Source: Armatimonadota bacterium (GTDB lineage: Bacteria; Armatimonadota; Hebobacteria; GCA-020354555; CP070648). From it: a stretch of DNA of 64,000 nt. Shown piece by piece: positions 59,355-64,000 of this stretch (position 1 is the stretch's first letter; the number at the start of each line of letters is the position of its first letter). The translations under genes and the position numbers were made by a program. The notes beneath the pieces are model-generated. The model was not told where the DNA came from and did no database searches. It was given only the letters and a program-made list of their open reading frames with translations. The stretch covers positions 7,638-71,637 of the forward strand of contig DATLAK010000171.1 of NCBI GenBank assembly GCA_035527535.1. Reading direction: 5' to 3'.

Positions 59355-59591
59355 AGCGGCGGATTCGGGCGGAAGGATGCATCTCGGAATTCACAGCCGG
59401 GGGCGGCTGTGCCACATGATAATGCGTGGCGGCCGAGCCCACTTCGCTGAAGCTACGAGGGCCAAGGGCGGCTGTGTCAGCGGGAGGACAGAAAGAGGAG
59501 AGCGAGGAGCGGGCCTGTAAGCCGGAGTCCGCAGGGCAGGCCGGGCACTTCTCGCCCCCCAAAGCACCGACGCTCCAGGCCAAGGCCAGAC

Positions 59592-59624
59592 CAGGGTAAA
59601 ACCAGGGTAAAACCAAGGTAAAAC
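59592..59624. repeat. iteron-like tandem direct repeats (3 x 11 bp) in AT-richer non-coding region
   Basis: CAGGGTAAAAC CAGGGTAAAAC CAAGGTAAAAC followed by CGTACACTTTTGGCCGATTATTCC; nearby palindromes CACAGCCG-GGGG-CGGCTGTG (~59388) and GTGCCAAATGGCAC (~59752). Confidence 0.6.
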
Positions 59625-59946
59625 CGTACACTTTTGGCCGATTATTCCGGCGGCGCACGTTTGACAGGACCCATGGCGGGCAGCTGCACATGATGAACCA
59701 CAGCGACGCGCACCTGCCCTGGGGCCTGAGGCTCAGCCCGTCCAATCGGAAAGTGCCAAATGGCACATAGGCTGCCAGGCAAACCCAGGGGGGACACGAC
59801 CACCAGCGCGGCCAGCTGCGGCTCGGCTCGGGTGGCGAATGGCATCAACGCGAGCAATGGCAGCCACGCATGAGGCCGCGGCCTAAGCCACTCCTTCAGA
59901 CATCCGCACCAGGCGTGTGCCCGCCCGCCCCGCGGTTGCCGCGCGG

Positions 59947-60324
59947 TCAGGGCCGCAGAACCTTGAGCTCCAGGTCCTGGACGAGCCGGTAATGCTTGCG
60001 GTTTGCGGTGCACAGGGGCAGGCCCTGCTCGACGGCAGTGGCGGCCACCAACGCGTCGCCGGCGCTCATGCCGGATCGGAGACTGTATTCCTCCATGTAG
60101 ACCAGCGCACGATGGCCGATGTTCTCGGTCAGGGGCAGCACCGCGAAGGCGAAGTCGGCGAGGAAGCCCTTGATCGCTTTCACCTCCTGCTTGCTGCGCG
60201 CGCCTTGCACCAGCTCCATGTGCGTCATCACCGACAGCGCGCGCTCGCGCGCCAGCTCAACCATCCGGGCCGCCCCCTCATGGCCCCGAAACACCCATAT
60301 CAGCACATCGGTGTCAAACACCAT
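59947..60324 (-). CDS. vapC: type II toxin VapC (PIN-domain ribonuclease)
   Basis: MVFDTDVLIWVF... (first acidic residue), ...DALVAATAVEQGLPLCTANRKHY PIN core; 125 aa; the longer ORF-track call is an upstream extension. Confidence 0.8.
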   Translation of the reverse strand: MVFDTDVLIWVFRGHEGAARMVELARERALSVMTHMELVQGARSKQEVKAIKGFLADFAFAVLPLTENIGHRALVYMEEYSLRSGMSAGDALVAATAVEQGLPLCTANRKHYRLVQDLELKVLRP

Positions 60325-60565
60325 GGGATCGCACCTTGCGCAGGCCGCGCACCACCTGCTCGACATCCTGCAGGTCCTTGCGGTCCTGCCACATGCCGAA
60401 AGCTGAGTGCTCGGTGACGCGCACCTGCGCGCGCCTCGACTGCCGCCGCGGATAGATGACGCCCTTCTCCTTGCCCCGGTAGAGTAAGGTGACCGGTTGA
60501 TTCTGCTCGAGGGCGCGCAGGACCTCACCCATGCGCCGCCGCAGGTCCAGCACCGATGCCTTCAT
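60314..60565 (-). CDS. type II antitoxin, Phd/YefM family (partner of VapC)
   Basis: MKASVLDLRRRMGEVLRALEQNQPVTLLYRGKEKGVIY... typical Phd/YefM N-terminus; overlaps vapC start by 11 nt; start among Met37/40/42 uncertain. Confidence 0.7.
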   Translation of the reverse strand: MKASVLDLRRRMGEVLRALEQNQPVTLLYRGKEKGVIYPRRQSRRAQVRVTEHSAFGMWQDRKDLQDVEQVVRGLRKVRSHGV

Positions 60566-60774
60566 CCACATCACCTCCATCCCAAGTGTACAGATGAAGT
60601 GTACACTGCGCTGGCTGCCGAAGTCAAGTGCGGCTGCCAGCCCGAGGTCGCGCCCGGCGCCGCCGCTGGGGCGGCCAATCTCGCCCATCTGCGTCGCGGC
60701 GGCGCTTCGCCCTTCTGGATTCGGGGCGCCCTACCGGTGGACCACGACGAGGACTCCGCGCCCAGGCGCCGGAT

Positions 60775-62343
60775 CTAATCATCAAGCCATCGAATCCGAG
60801 GTTCTGGCGGCCGTGGCTCCAGGCACACATAGTTGGCCAGGGCGAGCGCCATCACCAGGTCATCATGGGCTCCTGACGGCGCTCCCAGACTTCCATCATC
60901 CAGGTGCTGATAGGCCCGCAGCTCACTGATGGTCGCTTCGCACGAGAGGACTAGACTGTGCTCCCGCAGCGACTTGTCCAACCGGTCAATGAGCAGGACC
61001 TTGGATGCCTGATTGGTCAGGAATCCCGCCTGGGCTTCGGTACCCCGCCGGTGGTCCGTCCACACGTTGGCGCGCAGATACTCGAGCTCCAGCAGCACCG
61101 CGTGTCCGTGGTTGTTGCGCTCCACCACCAGCTCCGCCCGGTGGTAGCGCTGGGAGAGCGTGTAGAGCTTGGCCGCGAAGACATCCGGAGGCCACTGCCC
61201 GCGTATGCGCGCCATCACACGCATGGGAACCCCTGCCTCCTCGGGGCGGCGCACCACCACCGCGGCACTGGGATCGCTCTCGGAGAGGCCTTCCGCCGGG
61301 TCGGCGCCTATGACGTAGCTCGCATCACCCACCGGCTCCTCCCAGATCGCCTCATGCTCGTCCCCTGGCAGGGGTGGCCGGCTCTCCAGCCACCCGATGG
61401 CCTCCTCGCCAAATGCCGGCCGCCCCGAGCGCAGGAAGCAGCGCGCCGGGTCTTCCGGGTATTCCTGGTCGAACCTCTCGCCCAGGTCGAAGCGCTTGGC
61501 CCGGCGCCATTGGATCTGGGCCTCATCCAGGCCATGGTCGCTGATTAGGGCAAGCTCGTCCTCGGTCAGGCTTGGCGGATCGAGGATGCTTGGGAGGCGA
61601 TAGGTCGGGTCCTCCCACCAGGGGAAGAAGTGGCGCTTGAAGCGCGGCAGGTTGTGATCGCCCGCCGCATGCTTCTGCCAGAAGTCCCAGGCGTAATTCT
61701 GGCCGTGGGGAGTGGTCTCGATGACCACGCGTCCTCCCGCGGGCACCGCCTCGAGAATGGAGGCCAGGGTCTCTTCGGGATTGGGCCAGAAGGCGAACTC
61801 GCTGGCATGAACGTTATCGACGGTTTGCGCGCGGCCGAAAGTCACCGAGCCGGCGGTGCCGACGATGAACTGCGAGTCTGTCTCAGACCACCACAGCTCC
61901 CGGCGGTTGCTGCGCCGGGTGGAAAGGCGTGCGCGCTCCGATTCGGGCAGCCTGCGCTCAAACAACTGCACCATCTGGAAGATCCTCTCGGTGGACTCCA
62001 GGTCATGGGCGATGACCACCGTGCGTCGGTTGGGGGTCAACCGGGTATCGTGGTAGAAGATGGCCTCGACCAGGGTCGAGACCCCCACCTGGCGCGGCTT
62101 GAGGATGTAGTCCCGCCCGCTCAGCTCCCGCTCAAGCTTGCGTTGGATCGGGTTCAACCTCAGCGGAATCACTCGGTTCTGCTTGTCCCGAATCTGCAGC
62201 AGCGCCTCTATCCACCGCACTCGAGTCAATTGGTGGGGATACTGGCAGGCTATCCGGCGCGCCACCTCCTGCCATTCCTTCGGTGTCAGCGGCGGCTTGG
62301 GCAAGGGCATAGGCGATGCCTGCGCAAATGCGTTGCTCGTCAT
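60775..62343 (-). CDS. phage terminase large subunit (ATPase + nuclease domains)
   Basis: Terminase_6-type ATPase region (ILKPRQVGVSTLVEA Walker-A-like, VVIAHDLESTERI), C-terminal RNaseH-like nuclease with acidic residues; 522 aa; start may be Met12 (62310). Confidence 0.7.
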   Translation of the reverse strand: MTSNAFAQASPMPLPKPPLTPKEWQEVARRIACQYPHQLTRVRWIEALLQIRDKQNRVIPLRLNPIQRKLERELSGRDYILKPRQVGVSTLVEAIFYHDTRLTPNRRTVVIAHDLESTERIFQMVQLFERRLPESERARLSTRRSNRRELWWSETDSQFIVGTAGSVTFGRAQTVDNVHASEFAFWPNPEETLASILEAVPAGGRVVIETTPHGQNYAWDFWQKHAAGDHNLPRFKRHFFPWWEDPTYRLPSILDPPSLTEDELALISDHGLDEAQIQWRRAKRFDLGERFDQEYPEDPARCFLRSGRPAFGEEAIGWLESRPPLPGDEHEAIWEEPVGDASYVIGADPAEGLSESDPSAAVVVRRPEEAGVPMRVMARIRGQWPPDVFAAKLYTLSQRYHRAELVVERNNHGHAVLLELEYLRANVWTDHRRGTEAQAGFLTNQASKVLLIDRLDKSLREHSLVLSCEATISELRAYQHLDDGSLGAPSGAHDDLVMALALANYVCLEPRPPEPRIRWLDD

Positions 62344-62845
62344 AATCGTCTCCTGTTCGTGTTCTCTCCTCGGTCACCACGGTCGGCTCTCCCCGGGCGG
62401 TTCTCTCCACGTCCACGCCCACCTTGAAGAGGTTGGTCACCTCGGTGGGGCGCAGCTTCGCCGCCAGCACCAGCTGGCCGGTTTGCGGGTCCGGCTTCAC
62501 CCACTCGGACATGGCTCCCTTGGCCAGGCGCTGCATGTCGGCGCCGTCTCGGGCTTGCCGCTCCGCCATCTCGCGGATGGCTTCCAGTTGGGCCTGGCGG
62601 CGCGCCCGGTCTTGCTCATCATCCCAGGCGGCCGCCCGGGATTGCCAGTGCCAGCGCTGGCACGCTTCCTCCAGCGCCGATCGCGACCAGCCTTCTTCCC
62701 CGGCATGCAGCCGGCGCAGCTTCACCAGCGACCGGCCGGGTCCCAAATCCCGGTACGCGCAGAACTTGCCGTAGACTTTGCTCGATTCTCCCGGCATACG
62801 CTCCCACAGGTGATCGGGCTCCTCGTGGACTTCAATCTCAGTCAT
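62132..62845 (-). CDS. hypothetical protein (237 aa), possible terminase small subunit/DNA-binding protein; 3' third overlaps terminase start
   Basis: N-terminal region with KVYGKFCAYRDLGPGRSLVKL (HTH-like), acidic low-complexity tail; overlap of ~180-210 nt with downstream gene is unusual. Confidence 0.35.
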   Translation of the reverse strand: MTEIEVHEEPDHLWERMPGESSKVYGKFCAYRDLGPGRSLVKLRRLHAGEEGWSRSALEEACQRWHWQSRAAAWDDEQDRARRQAQLEAIREMAERQARDGADMQRLAKGAMSEWVKPDPQTGQLVLAAKLRPTEVTNLFKVGVDVERTARGEPTVVTEERTRTGDDYDEQRICAGIAYALAQAAADTEGMAGGGAPDSLPVSPPIDSSAVDRGAAADSGQAEPSDSAEVEPDPTQA

Positions 62846-64000
62846 GATTCACACCCCCGGGCATGTTCGCCCGTAAACTCTTCCCAGCGCCGCAAGATGA
62901 CGTCGCAATATCGCGGCTCGAGGTCGATGCCATAACAGATGCGGCCGCACCGCTGCGCGGCGATGATGGCGGTGCCGGAGCCGAGGAAGGGGTCGATCAC
63001 CAGTTGCCCCGGGGTGGTGGCGTTGACGATGGCGCGCTCGATCAACGCCAGCGGCTTCATCGTGGGGTGCAGCTCATTGCGGGTCGGCTTGTCGTGCTGC
63101 CAGAGAGTTGATTCGTTGGTGGGGCCGTGCCAGCGCGGGGCCTGGCCTGCCTTGTGGGCATAGAACAGAGGTTCATACCAGTGTTTGTACTGAGCGAACA
63201 GAGCGCCCGCACCGTTGTTCTTGGCCCACACGATGAGATTTCTCTCTTGCCAGCCGGTGTCGGAAAGGCAAGTCAGGACATCCCTCAGGTGCGCCGAGGC
63301 GAACCATAGGTATAAAGGTGAGGCCGCGTCGCTGTAGCGGTGGGCAAGCGACAGGCTTGCGGTTAACAAGTCTCGATAGGCGTCGGGCGTGAGGTCATCC
63401 CAGTAGGCATCTGATGGGCCGTCAACCCCGCGGCGCGCCCTGGCGATGCGCTCTTCCTGAGCGGCGCGGCCACCGCAGTAGGAGACGGCATATGGTGGGT
63501 CGGTGACCACCGCATGGGCGAGCCTGCCGCTCATCAGCCGCTCCCACGCTTGGCCATCTGTCGCATCTCCGCAGACCAATCGGTGGGGCCCGAGCTGCCA
63601 AGCTTCGCCGGGCTGAACGCGGGTGGGGCCGGTGGCCTCCTCGGCCTGCGCCATCGCCTCCTCTGCGTCAAATCTCTCCTCTTGGTCGCCGAAGAGTAGC
63701 TGGCGCGCCTGGCCGAAGATCTCACCGATCTCCTCCTGCCCGAATCCGGTGAGATCGAGGTCCGCGTTCGCCAACTGCAGCTCCTCAAGTACTGCCGAGA
63801 GCTTGGGGATATCCCAATCGCCGGTAATCTTGTTGAGGGCTAGGTTGAGGGTGCGCTCGTCCGCAGGTGCGAGATCGACCACCACGACATCGGTTTCCTC
63901 GATCCCCTGGGCCTGCAATACCTTGAGGCGCTGATGCCCGCCCACGACGTTACCGCTTCTGCGGTTCCACACGATCGGCTCGACCAGCCCGAAGCGGGTG
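62842..64000 (-). CDS. ParB-like nuclease domain fused to N6-adenine/N4-cytosine DNA methyltransferase (partial; N-terminus beyond window end)
   Basis: ParB/Srx motif ...GLVEPIVWNRRSGNVVGGHQRLKVL; MTase motif IV VVTDPPYAV and motif I IDPFLGSGTAI; frame stays open to nt 64000. Confidence 0.75.
   Translation of the reverse strand, partial: TRFGLVEPIVWNRRSGNVVGGHQRLKVLQAQGIEETDVVVVDLAPADERTLNLALNKITGDWDIPKLSAVLEELQLANADLDLTGFGQEEIGEIFGQARQLLFGDQEERFDAEEAMAQAEEATGPTRVQPGEAWQLGPHRLVCGDATDGQAWERLMSGRLAHAVVTDPPYAVSYCGGRAAQEERIARARRGVDGPSDAYWDDLTPDAYRDLLTASLSLAHRYSDAASPLYLWFASAHLRDVLTCLSDTGWQERNLIVWAKNNGAGALFAQYKHWYEPLFYAHKAGQAPRWHGPTNESTLWQHDKPTRNELHPTMKPLALIERAIVNATTPGQLVIDPFLGSGTAIIAAQRCGRICYGIDLEPRYCDVILRRWEEFTGEHARGCES

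Noticed and set aside
59592-59624. Tandem 11-bp repeats as a CRISPR array
   Set aside because: Repeats are only 11 bp, directly abutting with no spacers, and only three copies. No cas genes are present.
59233-59766. 177-aa ORF (-) and 59329-59520 (+) inside the non-coding stretch
   Set aside because: No RBS. Cys/Pro/Arg-rich improbable composition. Both overlap the repeat and palindrome structures. Treated as non-coding.
59911-60935. Possible 1-nt discrepancy between my positional counting and the ORF-track frames around 59917-59950 and 60417-60531
   Set aside because: Could not be resolved without tools. The affected ORFs (59917-60417 +, 60531-60929 +) are antisense/spurious anyway. Coordinates for vapBC and terminase were taken from the ORF track.

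Overview
High-G+C (~65-70%) bacterial chromosome segment carrying about 55 genes. From 1 to 53.9 kb almost all genes are on the + strand and are housekeeping. First comes a decayed IS21 copy with a small inverted-repeat (MITE-like) insertion in istA, next to shredded gene fragments. Then follow a sugar ABC importer (binding protein plus two permeases) interrupted by an internally deleted ABC exporter remnant, and a conserved block ilvE-clpC-radA-yacL(PIN/TRAM)-ispDF-hpf. After that come a glycerate kinase, a PAS/GAF HisKA_2 sensor kinase, folE2, leuCD, an Mdh/Ldh-family dehydrogenase and an MBL hydrolase. A roughly 9-kb glycan/exopolysaccharide biosynthesis locus follows (CBM9-like protein, one GT2 and three GT4 glycosyltransferases, a KpsC/S-like capsule-synthesis protein, a SAM methyltransferase). 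Next is an FHA-domain protein followed by an unusual 963-aa fusion of MraY (lipid-I-synthase type phospho-sugar transferase) with TPR-like repeats and an aminoglycoside-phosphotransferase-fold kinase domain. On the - strand lie a GH94 glycan phosphorylase, a sulfatase and an HtrA protease. Back on + come an acetogen-style methylene-THF reductase module (GltD-like flavoprotein with ferredoxin and MvhD domains, plus MetV and MetF) and a TetR-controlled HlyD/ABC/ABC-2 efflux operon with a perfect 30-bp palindromic operator. From about 54 kb to the window end the G+C visibly drops and the content is mobile or defence-like: an IS110 transposase fragment, a decayed tyrosine integrase, an OLD-family ATPase-Toprim nuclease with an uncharacterised 263-aa upstream partner (both preceded by a shared ~50-bp motif), a ~1-kb non-coding stretch with iteron-like tandem repeats, a VapBC toxin-antitoxin pair, a phage terminase large subunit and a ParB-nuclease/DNA-methyltransferase fusion that runs off the window. 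The most interesting candidates are the FHA + MraY-TPR-kinase pair and the OLD-family two-gene locus in the island. No rRNA, tRNA or CRISPR arrays were recognised.
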